Shown here in pieces: positions 1-9,368 of a stretch of DNA of 50,261 nucleotides. Below the pieces are notes generated by a model, which saw only the letters and a list, made by a program, of their open reading frames with translations, made no database searches and was not told the DNA's origin. The stretch lies in the IMG/VR virus record IMGVR_UViG_3300037508_000928, positions 1-50,261 of that record; one strand, 5' to 3'. Each line of letters opens with the position of its first letter. Position 1 is the stretch's first letter. Source of the DNA: a virus. Taxonomy: Duplodnaviria; Caudoviricetes. The position numbers were made by a program, and so were the translations under genes.

Positions 1-785
1 CCATTATCGACCCTGACATTGTGGACATCCGGCGATTCAAGGACATGACCGCCCAGGGTGGCCCATTCATTATCCCGCTCCAGAAAGACCGCCCTCTCGA
101 AAAAAGCATCAAAGACGCCTATATGCCGATTGTCACGCCCGACACCACGCAGAACGTGTGGGGGGACGTGGCACAGATGTTGGCTCTCACCCGCGAGAAT
201 GACGGTGTGCAAGACCCCGGCAGCCTCCCCGAGCGTCCCACGGCGGCGGGTATTCATGCCCTAGAGCAGACGCCCCTTGGCCTGCTGCTGCTTACGGCGA
301 TGCGGATTGACGAGCAATCCTTCCAGCGCCAGGGCTACCACATGCTCTGCAACACCACGCAGTTCATGCAGGGCGAGGTAATGATCGACATCCTTGGTGA
401 GCAGGAAGCGATTATCCGCGAGCAGTACGGCCTCCTGCCCCACGAGCAGACGTTGAGCGTCACAAGCTGGGACATCGACCCTAATCTCGACGTGCAAGCG
501 GTGATGACCGGCGCGGACGGCGGTATCAACGTCCAATCCCTTGTCGAGTTTGGCAAGACCATCATGGCACAGGAAGGTGTCATGCCAGCATTCCTCCAGC
601 GCTACGACCTCGACGCCGTGCTTGACCGCATGTGGCGCGAGATGGGGTTGGGGGCACTCGATAACTACCGCATCCGGTTCATGGACGACGACATGGTAAA
701 CCAGATGGCCGCGTCTGGCCAGTTGGCAGGTATTGGCGTACAGAACCCCTCCGCCGCACCCGGCGCCGCAATGGTGGGCGCATGA
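1..785 (+). CDS. Portal protein, C-terminal part (continues from 49157..50261)
   Basis: Frame open from base 3 (IIDPDIVDIRRF...) to TGA 785. Lies between terL and scaffold, with an 'ERPTAA' portal-like motif. Confidence 0.8.
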   Translation, partial: IIDPDIVDIRRFKDMTAQGGPFIIPLQKDRPLEKSIKDAYMPIVTPDTTQNVWGDVAQMLALTRENDGVQDPGSLPERPTAAGIHALEQTPLGLLLLTAMRIDEQSFQRQGYHMLCNTTQFMQGEVMIDILGEQEAIIREQYGLLPHEQTLSVTSWDIDPNLDVQAVMTGADGGINVQSLVEFGKTIMAQEGVMPAFLQRYDLDAVLDRMWREMGLGALDNYRIRFMDDDMVNQMAASGQLAGIGVQNPSAAPGAAMVGA

Positions 786-1159
786 AGCGCCCGCAGCCAC
801 AAAGAGAAGCCACGACGGCGGTGAACCCCCTTCGCCTGCACATCCTGCTTGGGGGGATCAGCGGCGACGTGCTTGGCACCGAGGAAGAACTGCGCGAGTA
901 CATCCACAACCCGTTCTACCTGCAACAGATTGTGAATGTCCTTGCTCTGATGGACCGCTACTCGTCCGCCATGTTCGAGACAAACGACCCGATGGAAGTT
1001 GCCCGGCTAAAGGCGAAGCTCGAAGTCTTGACCCTTGTGGCCGACTTCCCCGCGCGTGCGCTGGTTTCCGATAAGTCCTACCCCCCACACGAACAGCGCG
1101 AAGAAGTGCTGAATTACATCAAGGAGAAGTTCTATGCCAGACCCGGCAGAGACGAATAG
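782..1159 (+). CDS. Small helical protein after portal (hypothetical)
   Basis: ATGA overlap with the portal stop; 125 aa; usual slot between portal and scaffold. Confidence 0.7.
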   Translation: MKRPQPQREATTAVNPLRLHILLGGISGDVLGTEEELREYIHNPFYLQQIVNVLALMDRYSSAMFETNDPMEVARLKAKLEVLTLVADFPARALVSDKSYPPHEQREEVLNYIKEKFYARPGRDE

Positions 1160-1946
1160 CGCGCCCGCCGAGGACTTTGCCACGGGCGTTGAATCCCCGG
1201 ACATTGAATCCCCGGATTTGGGGGACATTGAGCCGCTGATTCTTGGAGAGGAAAACTCTGCAGATGATGAACTGTTTTCCATTGAACCAGGCGAAGACGG
1301 CACCTACACCCGCGAGCAGGTTGAAGAGCTTCAGCGCCGTCTGGAAATGGCAGAAGGTCTTGTCGATTGGAACAAGATTGCTGAAGCTGAAAACGAAAAG
1401 GCGGTGGAAGCGCCGCCCCCCGATGGTGCCCAGATCATCGAGGACGCACTGACACCCCGCGATTTCTCCTACACGGATGACGAACTCGACGACATCCTGA
1501 CAGAGGGGAATGGCAAGACCTTGGTATCGCTGCTTCAGCGACAGGCCGAGGTGGAACGCCACAACAACAAAATCGAAACAGTAAACCTCGTGGCTCGAAT
1601 GCTTCAGGGGCGCTTGCCGGTGGCGGTTGCCACCAACAGTTTCTATGAGCGCTACCCCGAATTGGCAGGGCCGAAAGGCGAGGAACTGGTCGAGCGCGTG
1701 TTCGATACGGTATGGGCACAAAACCCCCGCCAGACGAGCACGCAACTCCTGCGCGCTGCGGAGAAGCAACTCTCCCATGTGATCTCCCGCGTGAAGCAGA
1801 TTGCTGCCAACGGCGGACAGAAGCACAACCTTGCCGCGCGAGATGCAGGAGGCAACGCAAACGGTACTGCACCGCAGTCGCGGCGACAGAGCCAAAACCA
1901 GAGAACCAACGCTCAGAGCCTTGCATCGCTTGGCTATGACGTTTAA
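1134..1946 (+). CDS. Putative capsid scaffolding protein
   Basis: AGGAG RBS; very acidic disordered N-terminus, helical middle and basic C-terminus; position before capsid genes. Confidence 0.65.
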   Translation: MPDPAETNSAPAEDFATGVESPDIESPDLGDIEPLILGEENSADDELFSIEPGEDGTYTREQVEELQRRLEMAEGLVDWNKIAEAENEKAVEAPPPDGAQIIEDALTPRDFSYTDDELDDILTEGNGKTLVSLLQRQAEVERHNNKIETVNLVARMLQGRLPVAVATNSFYERYPELAGPKGEELVERVFDTVWAQNPRQTSTQLLRAAEKQLSHVISRVKQIAANGGQKHNLAARDAGGNANGTAPQSRRQSQNQRTNAQSLASLGYDV

Positions 1947-1963
1947 CACAGAAGGAATACCCC

Positions 1964-2332
1964 ATGTCTGCATGGCTTGACTCCAAGAATCGCACGCTTG
2001 AGGCGATTGACTACACCCCGCAGCTTCAGAACGCTACGGCCTCGATCTCTTACGAGAATCGCGGCAAGCTGCTGCATCACCTTTCCATGGCATCCGGCGA
2101 AGCCCTGGTGCTGACTCTGCCCCGAATCGCTGAAGCGATCATCGGCATCCCGTACATGTTCGTCTGCACCGTCGATGGCGGCGGTGGCGCGACGTTCACT
2201 GTGCAGGACAACGACGACGCTGTGCATTCTGGGCAGGACATCGCGCTTGTGTTCAAGGACGTTGGCGACAACGCAACGATCCTTTGCAACGGCCAGTGCT
2301 GGTCGGTCCTCTCCAGCGACTTGACGGCGTAA
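1964..2332 (+). CDS. Putative virion structural/decoration protein
   Basis: AAGGA RBS; 122-aa beta-rich protein in the head operon. Confidence 0.55.
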   Translation: MSAWLDSKNRTLEAIDYTPQLQNATASISYENRGKLLHHLSMASGEALVLTLPRIAEAIIGIPYMFVCTVDGGGGATFTVQDNDDAVHSGQDIALVFKDVGDNATILCNGQCWSVLSSDLTA

Positions 2333-2344
2333 GGAGAATCAACC

Positions 2345-3016
2345 ATGAGTCTCCCCACCCCCGGCAAGATTGACAACAGCGAAGACCTCCTTCGTCTGTT
2401 CGGTATCGAGCCTGCTGGAACTGACGCAGCCCCTTTGCCGAAACTGACGACTGGCTTGGTTGTTGGTACTGCCAACTACACCAACGCCGAGTTGAATGCG
2501 GCACTTGGCGGTGGAACGGTTTCCTTCGCCATGAAGACGCCTAACGCGGCAACTTCGAGCGCGCGGACTGGCACAACTGAAGCGATATTCTCGACCGGGA
2601 GCCAGTCTCTCACAACCGAGGAACTCAATCGCGTCGGTGCCGTCATCGAGTTTGAAGCCCGCATCCTGGTTACTGGCAGCAACGGCGCTGACACGCAGAC
2701 CTTTGCCATTCGGCTGGGTGGCGTTGGCGGAACTGTGATTCATTCCACTGGTCCAGTAGGCTTTGCTGCCGATGATATTGTGTTCCTGAGTGGTCGGATC
2801 ACGGTTCGCACGACAGGAGCGACAGGAACCATCGTTGCAGGCGGCAGGTCAATGGCCGAAGTTTCTGCGACGGCAGCAGCGGTTCCGTGGCGGCTTGCTT
2901 CGACAACCGTTGACCTCACAGCCAACGCGGTGCTCTGCGTTACCGCCGACGCTTCCAGCGCGAACGCAGGTAACACGGCGGTACTGGAGGACTTCCACGT
3001 CCGCGTCATTAACTAA
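2345..3016 (+). CDS. Putative capsid decoration protein
   Basis: TAAGGAG RBS; Ala/Gly/Thr-rich beta protein in the head operon. Confidence 0.55.
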   Translation: MSLPTPGKIDNSEDLLRLFGIEPAGTDAAPLPKLTTGLVVGTANYTNAELNAALGGGTVSFAMKTPNAATSSARTGTTEAIFSTGSQSLTTEELNRVGAVIEFEARILVTGSNGADTQTFAIRLGGVGGTVIHSTGPVGFAADDIVFLSGRITVRTTGATGTIVAGGRSMAEVSATAAAVPWRLASTTVDLTANAVLCVTADASSANAGNTAVLEDFHVRVIN

Positions 3017-3080
3017 CCCCGACCAGGCGCTCTAAGTGGGGCGTCTGGTGATTCGATAAACCGAAGCTACATAGGAAAAG

Positions 3081-3141
3081 ACATAGCCCCCACGGAAAAC
3101 CGTCGCGGCCTACTCCTTACGGAGTGGGCCGCTTTCATTTT
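3081..3141 (+). promoter_or_regulatory. Leader RNA switch copy 1 (antiterminator overlapping an intrinsic terminator) upstream of the major capsid gene
   Basis: ACATAGCCCCCACGGAAA is identical to 47359-47376. Terminator stem GCGGCCTACTCC-TTAC-GGAGTGGGCCGC is followed by TTTCATTTT. Confidence 0.75.
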
Positions 3142-3171
3142 CTCGGGGCTTCCAAGAAAAGGAGGCTTATC

Positions 3172-4503
3172 ATGGCCGGACCCTCTCTGATTACGACCGC
3201 TGGGCCGCTGGTGACGACCGACCGCATTGACGGAATCCGCCAGCCGTCCCGCAACCCGAACGTAACGAAGTACACGCCTTTCTCCAAGGCGTACCCGACC
3301 CTGTGGCGCATGGACAAGATCGCCAAGGGGTCGAAGGAAACCGTTGACGCTAACGAGCGCATCTGGTATCAGGCTGCCTACAACGGCCTGAACGGAACGG
3401 TGGGCGACATCCTGACCGAAGTAAGCGGTGCCGCTTACGTGTCGGGTGGTGTGGCCAACACCGTGCTCATTCTGAAGTGCGCCACGGCATCCATCCCGGC
3501 GTTCCGCAATGTGCAGCAGAACGATGTCCTAGTGATTCAGGACAGCGTGACTGGCTTGGACGTGTTTGCTCGCGTGACCGGCGCTCCGGTGTTCGGTGGC
3601 GACAGCAACACCTACGTCTCGGTGACGTTGCTCACGGCAGACGCCAGCGCGATTCTGGCGAGCGCCAGCCTGACGTGGTGCATCACCCAGCGCGCCGAGA
3701 AGGAAATCTACGAGCTTGGAGACGCTGTTTCCGAGCACGAGACGCCCTTCATGAACTACGTGCAGGAGATGAGCGAGGCTCACGAAATCTCCGAGCGCGA
3801 ACTCATGGTCAAGAGCGAACTCAACGAGAACCGCAAGGCCGACCGCGCGCGGGAATCGTTGGTGCGCCTGATGCAGAAGCGTTTCCGCACGCTGCTCTAC
3901 GGCCAGCGTCTCTCTGCCGGAAGCGGGCGTTTCTACGCCGGTGGCCTCCGTTGGTTCCTTGAAACCTACGAGTCGGCCAACTTGGTCAACTGGGCCACGG
4001 ACACGACCTACTCGGCGGCAACTGACCGTGTATCGAGCGGAACCATCCCGTTCCTGCGCGAGATTGCGATTCAGGCGTCGAAGTACACCGACCCCACCGA
4101 CACGCTGACCATGCTCATGAGCCAGACGAAGAAGAACATCCTCTCTTCGTGCGTGCTCAACTCTGGCCACTACACGATCTCGAAGGAAACGAATTCCTTC
4201 GGGTTGGAAGTGGACATGCTGCTTGGTGTGGGCCCGAAGATCGAACTGATGGTCGAGGCTGAGTTCAACACCAACCCGGTGCTTGCTCAGGCCACGCCGC
4301 TGTTCCCGACCAAGTTCATCAAGGTTTGCCCGTTCAAGAACGGCGCCGTGACCCAGATTCCCTGGAGTTCGATGCCCGCACAGCGCGACGGCGACAACTT
4401 CAAGACCTCGATCAAGGGTGGCCATCGCGTCATTGAGACGTATGAGTTCCACCACATCGACTCGATGTTCTGGATTCGCAACCTCGGCGTTGACAAGGCC
4501 TAA
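3172..4503 (+). CDS. Major capsid protein (DUF5309/SU10-like HK97 fold)
   Basis: AAGGAGG RBS before ATG 3172; 443 aa; motifs NYVQEMSEAHEIS, RTLLYG and RFYAGGLRWF recall this capsid family; position after scaffold. Confidence 0.8.
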   Translation: MAGPSLITTAGPLVTTDRIDGIRQPSRNPNVTKYTPFSKAYPTLWRMDKIAKGSKETVDANERIWYQAAYNGLNGTVGDILTEVSGAAYVSGGVANTVLILKCATASIPAFRNVQQNDVLVIQDSVTGLDVFARVTGAPVFGGDSNTYVSVTLLTADASAILASASLTWCITQRAEKEIYELGDAVSEHETPFMNYVQEMSEAHEISERELMVKSELNENRKADRARESLVRLMQKRFRTLLYGQRLSAGSGRFYAGGLRWFLETYESANLVNWATDTTYSAATDRVSSGTIPFLREIAIQASKYTDPTDTLTMLMSQTKKNILSSCVLNSGHYTISKETNSFGLEVDMLLGVGPKIELMVEAEFNTNPVLAQATPLFPTKFIKVCPFKNGAVTQIPWSSMPAQRDGDNFKTSIKGGHRVIETYEFHHIDSMFWIRNLGVDKA

Positions 4504-4512
4504 CCTAACCTG

Positions 4513-4546
4513 ATCGGGGGGAGCGGCACGGGTCGCTCCCCCCGAT
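4513..4546 (+). terminator. Strong hairpin after the capsid gene (stabiliser or partial terminator)
   Basis: 13-bp inverted repeat ATCGGGGGGAGCG...CGCTCCCCCCGAT; no U-tract. Confidence 0.5.
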
Positions 4547-4557
4547 ACGAGGGAACA

Positions 4558-5664
4558 ATGAGCACAGCACTCGACATCGTAACGCAGGTACGCAGCCAGA
4601 CCGGCAAGAAGAATCTTCTGAACGCCGGGGCTACCGACCTGTCCACGGATGCTTACTGGCACCTAAATGCGTGCTTGAAGTGGCTATCCCGCCGTGGCCC
4701 TGCCCACTCGAAGGACGAGCGGTACGAGGTTGACCTTGCTGTTGGCGCGATAGGCATTACGCCGCCCCGCTTGCGCTACATCAACGAGGTGGCGATTTAT
4801 AACGAAACAGACGACGAAGAGACTTACTTAGAACGTCTTGATCTGCACCAACTGCGCCGCCGCTATCCCGAGCAAACAGTCGAGCAGGGGCAGCCTGCCT
4901 ACTGGGCTCGCAACAACGAGCGCACGCCGCGAATCATCGGTGACACGATTATCAACGGTAGCTTCGCCAACGGGCTGACTGGCTGGGACACGGTTAACGG
5001 CGCCCCCAGCGTGTCCGGTGGAACACTCACCTTGGCCTACGCGGGCGTGGGTGTAGATCAAGACGTTATTCGGCAAGTGCTTTCTTATACCTACCCCAGC
5101 ACGGTGACGGTGACGGTTGTGGTATCGACGATTACAGCGGGCGAAACTCTCCGGTTGATACTCGGGAACTGGGACGGAACCACTTATACCGACAGCGAAT
5201 ATCTTGCGATTACTGCGGCGGGGACGTACACCTTCGAGGCAACCACCCTGGATACCTTCAACGCGATCCAGTTGAGCCAACTGGGGGCTGCACTCCCGGC
5301 CACCGTGACGGTTGCATCGGTATCCATGAGTGCGACAGCAACCCCCCAGGGCGAGACTGACCCGTGGTATGGGTACGAGATTGTTTTCAATCCCCCGGCA
5401 GATGCTGTCTACAAGATGCGCGTCTATGGCGGGTACTACCCGATCAGCGTTACCGCCCACACCGACGAAACGTGGTGGATGGAGAAGGAGCCCGAGTGCG
5501 TCATTGATGCAATGCGACTTTCCCTCGAAGGGCGCCTGCACCGCAACGCTGAGGGTGAGGACCAAGAACTGCGCCGTCTTATGGCGGAAGTCACCCAGAT
5601 CAAATCAGCGCTTCACTGGGAGGAAGCGTTTGGCTCCAACCAAGACTTGAGGCTCGGACTATGA
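4558..5664 (+). CDS. Head-tail adaptor / tail tubular protein A-like, with inserted carbohydrate-binding-like domain
   Basis: N-terminal 'ALDIVTQVR' helix and GQPAYW...NPPADAVY adaptor-type motifs, interrupted by a ~130-aa NGSF...W beta insert. Confidence 0.6.
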   Translation: MSTALDIVTQVRSQTGKKNLLNAGATDLSTDAYWHLNACLKWLSRRGPAHSKDERYEVDLAVGAIGITPPRLRYINEVAIYNETDDEETYLERLDLHQLRRRYPEQTVEQGQPAYWARNNERTPRIIGDTIINGSFANGLTGWDTVNGAPSVSGGTLTLAYAGVGVDQDVIRQVLSYTYPSTVTVTVVVSTITAGETLRLILGNWDGTTYTDSEYLAITAAGTYTFEATTLDTFNAIQLSQLGAALPATVTVASVSMSATATPQGETDPWYGYEIVFNPPADAVYKMRVYGGYYPISVTAHTDETWWMEKEPECVIDAMRLSLEGRLHRNAEGEDQELRRLMAEVTQIKSALHWEEAFGSNQDLRLGL

Positions 5665-5876
5665 AGATGCACGGCAGCGTCCCCAAGCCCATAGAGCGTA
5701 TCTCGAAAGAGGAACTGCGGGCACGGCATATCGCGCGCGCGCAGCGCCGGAAAGACGCCGAGAAGCGCGAAGTGGACCTCCTGCGCGAGCAGGTCAAAGA
5801 ACTCGAAGAACAGGTAGCAGACAGCATTGGAACCATTGTCATTCAAGATAGCGTGCAGGACGGGGATAAGGCCTGA
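5661..5876 (+). CDS. Small coiled-coil hypothetical protein
   Basis: ATGA-coupled to the previous gene; 71 aa, charged. Confidence 0.55.
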   Translation: MKMHGSVPKPIERISKEELRARHIARAQRRKDAEKREVDLLREQVKELEEQVADSIGTIVIQDSVQDGDKA

Positions 5877-7422
5877 AGCGTTCAACGGACGCAACACCCA
5901 AGCCTTCGTCAATGCCAAGGGACACCGTGTTACGGAACACGGGTTTAAGGCGTTCCATGCCCTGACGGCGCTCCCTGATGATGCCACGATTGCTGGACTC
6001 GGTGAATCAAAGGCGTGGCCATTCCCTCAGACGTTCATTGGAAAAGCCATCTCACTTGTCTGCTTCTCGGATGCGATCTATGAATACAGCCTGGGTGGTG
6101 GCACGTATACCCAGTTGAACACGAAGGACGCTGCCGATACTACGGGGACCACCTCGAAGGCAATCACTGCCGGAAAGGACTGGCACTTCGTTGATCTCTA
6201 CGACTCGTGGATGCTGTTCAACACCGCCTGCGTCGTATTCAAGACCAAGTGGAGCGAGCATGTCTTTGTGCAGGACGCGGTGACGGTTACTACCGGCTGT
6301 GTCCACAAAGAAGGCAGGGTTCTACTCGGCGGCTTCAACCCGGCTGACTACCTCTCGTCGGTGAACTGGGCAACCTTCTGGGAAACCTATGCTGCCGACC
6401 GGCCTGACCAGGCTGCGCTGATGGAGTCTGCTGGCGCTGGGGTCAACTGGGTTTGGTGGTCGAGCTACTTCGCCCCGGACATGCTTCACCTGTTCTGGCA
6501 GGACATCATGATCCACCAGTCATTGAGCGCCAGCAACACAGGGTATGGCGCGAGCAACCCGTTCATGCTCGAACTGGAAGAACTCAACCAGTCGGGCCTG
6601 CGCCCAATGCCGTGGCAGGGGGCGGTGCAAGGAATGCTCCCGCTTGGCCGTGGGGTAGCTGTGTATGGCTCTCTTGGAACCTCCGTTCTGAATCCCTACG
6701 GCGACACCTATGGAGTTATTGCACCGAGGGATTTGCCTCCGAATTTCGCTCTTATGAACGGCAGTGACACGCGCACCAACTTTGCTGGGAATGAGCAAAT
6801 GCACGTTGTCGTAGATTCCAGTGGGGAACTCTGGACTATCGACGAGTCGTATCTGGCAAAACGGATAGGCCGCAAGGCAGAGATCGGGGCGCTAGACCCT
6901 GATACCCTGATGGTGGTTCACGAGCACTACCACAACGAATTCTATATTGGCGATGGCAGCGGGGACGCCTTCCTTTTTAACAAGCAAGGTTTCAGTCGCG
7001 CCCCTTGGATGCCGACACAGGTGACAACCCTGTCAGCATCTCAGATTTACTCTGTTTCCTTTGCTACAGACAATGCCGCTGCTTACACCACCGAGAAGTT
7101 TCGCGGGCGTAGCCAGGGCATTGAATGCCTTGAGCGCATTCTTATCGTGGGGCTCAACGAAGGAACCACGCACGGCTGGGAATGTTCCCTGAAGTACCGA
7201 CTTCGCCCGCAAGACGACTTCACCTCAACCGATTGGTTTGAACTCGATGCCGAGGGCGGCGTTGATTTCGGCCTCCCTTACCTTGAAGCAGAAATTGCCC
7301 TTCGCAGCGATGACCGAACCAAGGTCACGCTGGAAGACATCCTTGTCTATTCCGGCCCCATGAACAACCCGGCGATGGGGCATTGGATGCGTGCATCTAC
7401 CCCGGCAGCCGCAACGGAGTAA
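5827..7422 (+). CDS. Tail tubular B / nozzle-like protein, paralog 1
   Basis: 531-aa beta-rich protein sharing motifs with the next two ORFs; TTG start uncertain. Confidence 0.6.
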   Translation: MEPLSFKIACRTGIRPEAFNGRNTQAFVNAKGHRVTEHGFKAFHALTALPDDATIAGLGESKAWPFPQTFIGKAISLVCFSDAIYEYSLGGGTYTQLNTKDAADTTGTTSKAITAGKDWHFVDLYDSWMLFNTACVVFKTKWSEHVFVQDAVTVTTGCVHKEGRVLLGGFNPADYLSSVNWATFWETYAADRPDQAALMESAGAGVNWVWWSSYFAPDMLHLFWQDIMIHQSLSASNTGYGASNPFMLELEELNQSGLRPMPWQGAVQGMLPLGRGVAVYGSLGTSVLNPYGDTYGVIAPRDLPPNFALMNGSDTRTNFAGNEQMHVVVDSSGELWTIDESYLAKRIGRKAEIGALDPDTLMVVHEHYHNEFYIGDGSGDAFLFNKQGFSRAPWMPTQVTTLSASQIYSVSFATDNAAAYTTEKFRGRSQGIECLERILIVGLNEGTTHGWECSLKYRLRPQDDFTSTDWFELDAEGGVDFGLPYLEAEIALRSDDRTKVTLEDILVYSGPMNNPAMGHWMRASTPAAATE

Positions 7423-7427
7423 ATACC

Positions 7428-9368
7428 ATGCCTGAGCAATCTATGAACTTGGACCCACATTTGACGAATGGCCTGCGCCCCTACGCGGACCTGCCGAAAG
7501 ATGCCCTCTTCATGCAGAAGATGCGCAACATCATGGCCACGGAGCGGCGCGGCAAGCAATTGCCTACCTTCAGTTGGCCTGTGGGCTTTCAGACGCTTGG
7601 CTCCACCTTCCCCCACGCGGAGTTGTTCTACGACGACCGAGTGGCGCTGGCGGCGATTGACAGCGCCCTGTACACCGTGGACCCGTCTGCACTGACGACT
7701 ACGGCAATCACGACTTACGGCCCCGAGGGCAACGTCCTGACAAACGGAACCTTCACCGGCGCGCTCACCGGCTGGACCGAGGCCAGTCCCGACATCGCCT
7801 ATGGAACGAACAACGTAGCGTTCGTTAATGCCACGGCTACCCTGAAGCAGCTTCTGGCCAGCATGACAACGGCCTGGACGGCAGCGGCCACGTATCGCGT
7901 GGTGTTCACCATCTCGGGGTATTCGGGTGGCGGCAACATCACGGTCGGCACGAACACGAACGCGGCTCAGGGTGGCTCGGCTGTGACTGCGAACGGAACC
8001 TATACGCGCCTCGTGACGGCGGACGCGCACGCAGACGGCCTTGTGTTCACGGCAACGGGCTTTACAGGCAACCTCGACACCGTGACGGCCACGCGGGTAT
8101 TCACGAACACCACGGGCGACGCCTACCAGTTTGCCTCGTTCCTCGACATCTGGTTTGCCACGAACAACTCAGGCCTCGTCTGGCGTATCCCCGGCGCAAC
8201 GCAGGGGAACACGGTCGGCAGTTCCACCACCGTCTGCAAAGGCGTGGCCAACTGGAACAACCGCCTGGTGCTCATCGGGGTTTCCGGCGCGGCAGTCAGC
8301 AATGCCAGCTTCCTTGCCGCTGTGAACAAGTGGAAGAAGAAGCAGAAGGTCAATGTGGTGACTGCCGAGGATGACGCCTTCGACACAAGCTGGATCATCA
8401 TCGGCCCCCCGGTCCTTGGCGAAAGCGACGTACCAGCATCGGGCTTGATGGCGCTTCTGGGCTACCCGAGCGAGACGTTCTACTACGACAAGTACGAGCC
8501 CATCGTCTCGAAGTGGATTGAGCAGGGAATGCTCGACTTCCTTCCCATGCGCCACACGGGCGCGGGACTGGCGGGAAAGCAGCACGGCAACGACCTCATC
8601 ATCTACGGCACCGAGGGTGTCTCGAAGGTAACAGGCACCGAGGTTGGCCCGGTCGAGACGAAGCTGCTGGATGTCGGTATTCCGTTCAACGGCTGCTACG
8701 CTGGCGACGAGAAGGAGCATGTCTTTGTCTCCAAGCACAACGAGATGTTCTTCCTGGGCGAGCGCGGGCAGAGCTTCCCCGAGGCGAAGTCCATGGGGAA
8801 CGGCCTGTACCGGCTGGGCTATGCCGAATACCTGAGCACCCTGACGCTCACGGCAGCGCGGATGACCTTCGACCCGACCGAGCGCTACTTCTGGGTCTGT
8901 GACGCGGACGAGGCATTTGTGCTCTCGCGGACAGGCCTTTCCAACCCGAAAGGGCTCTTCCCTGTCAGCGTGATCCGCACCCCCGGCTACAACGGCCTTG
9001 TGGGCTCCAGCGTGAGCGCCCAAGCCGATGACGTTGAAATGCAGCCGCACCCGTTCGGTATGGGGCGCAGTGATGCGTTCGAGATTTTCTGGTGGGATAT
9101 GCGGACCAGCGACACGGCAGCGACCGCAGCAGATCGCTGGAAGGTGACGCCGATTGCGAAGCTGCACAAGCAGAACGCCTTCACCACCTTCACCAGCTAC
9201 GCGAAGCTGTTCGACGTGCGCGGGCGTGCGGAAGTGACCACGACGGGCATTGAGCACCAACCCTCGTTTACGGCGGCAGACCGAACCGCCGTTGACTGCG
9301 ACGGGCTGCAAGCGTTTATCAGCGCGCCCGGCGCGGCACCTTCAATGAGGATGTGGATGGATGCGTGA
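7428..9368 (+). CDS. Tail tubular B / nozzle-like protein, paralog 2, with CBM-like insert
   Basis: GGAG RBS before ATG 7428; shared motifs (NGLRP, YQFASFLDIWF, WNNRLVLIG). Confidence 0.6.
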   Translation: MPEQSMNLDPHLTNGLRPYADLPKDALFMQKMRNIMATERRGKQLPTFSWPVGFQTLGSTFPHAELFYDDRVALAAIDSALYTVDPSALTTTAITTYGPEGNVLTNGTFTGALTGWTEASPDIAYGTNNVAFVNATATLKQLLASMTTAWTAAATYRVVFTISGYSGGGNITVGTNTNAAQGGSAVTANGTYTRLVTADAHADGLVFTATGFTGNLDTVTATRVFTNTTGDAYQFASFLDIWFATNNSGLVWRIPGATQGNTVGSSTTVCKGVANWNNRLVLIGVSGAAVSNASFLAAVNKWKKKQKVNVVTAEDDAFDTSWIIIGPPVLGESDVPASGLMALLGYPSETFYYDKYEPIVSKWIEQGMLDFLPMRHTGAGLAGKQHGNDLIIYGTEGVSKVTGTEVGPVETKLLDVGIPFNGCYAGDEKEHVFVSKHNEMFFLGERGQSFPEAKSMGNGLYRLGYAEYLSTLTLTAARMTFDPTERYFWVCDADEAFVLSRTGLSNPKGLFPVSVIRTPGYNGLVGSSVSAQADDVEMQPHPFGMGRSDAFEIFWWDMRTSDTAATAADRWKVTPIAKLHKQNAFTTFTSYAKLFDVRGRAEVTTTGIEHQPSFTAADRTAVDCDGLQAFISAPGAAPSMRMWMDA

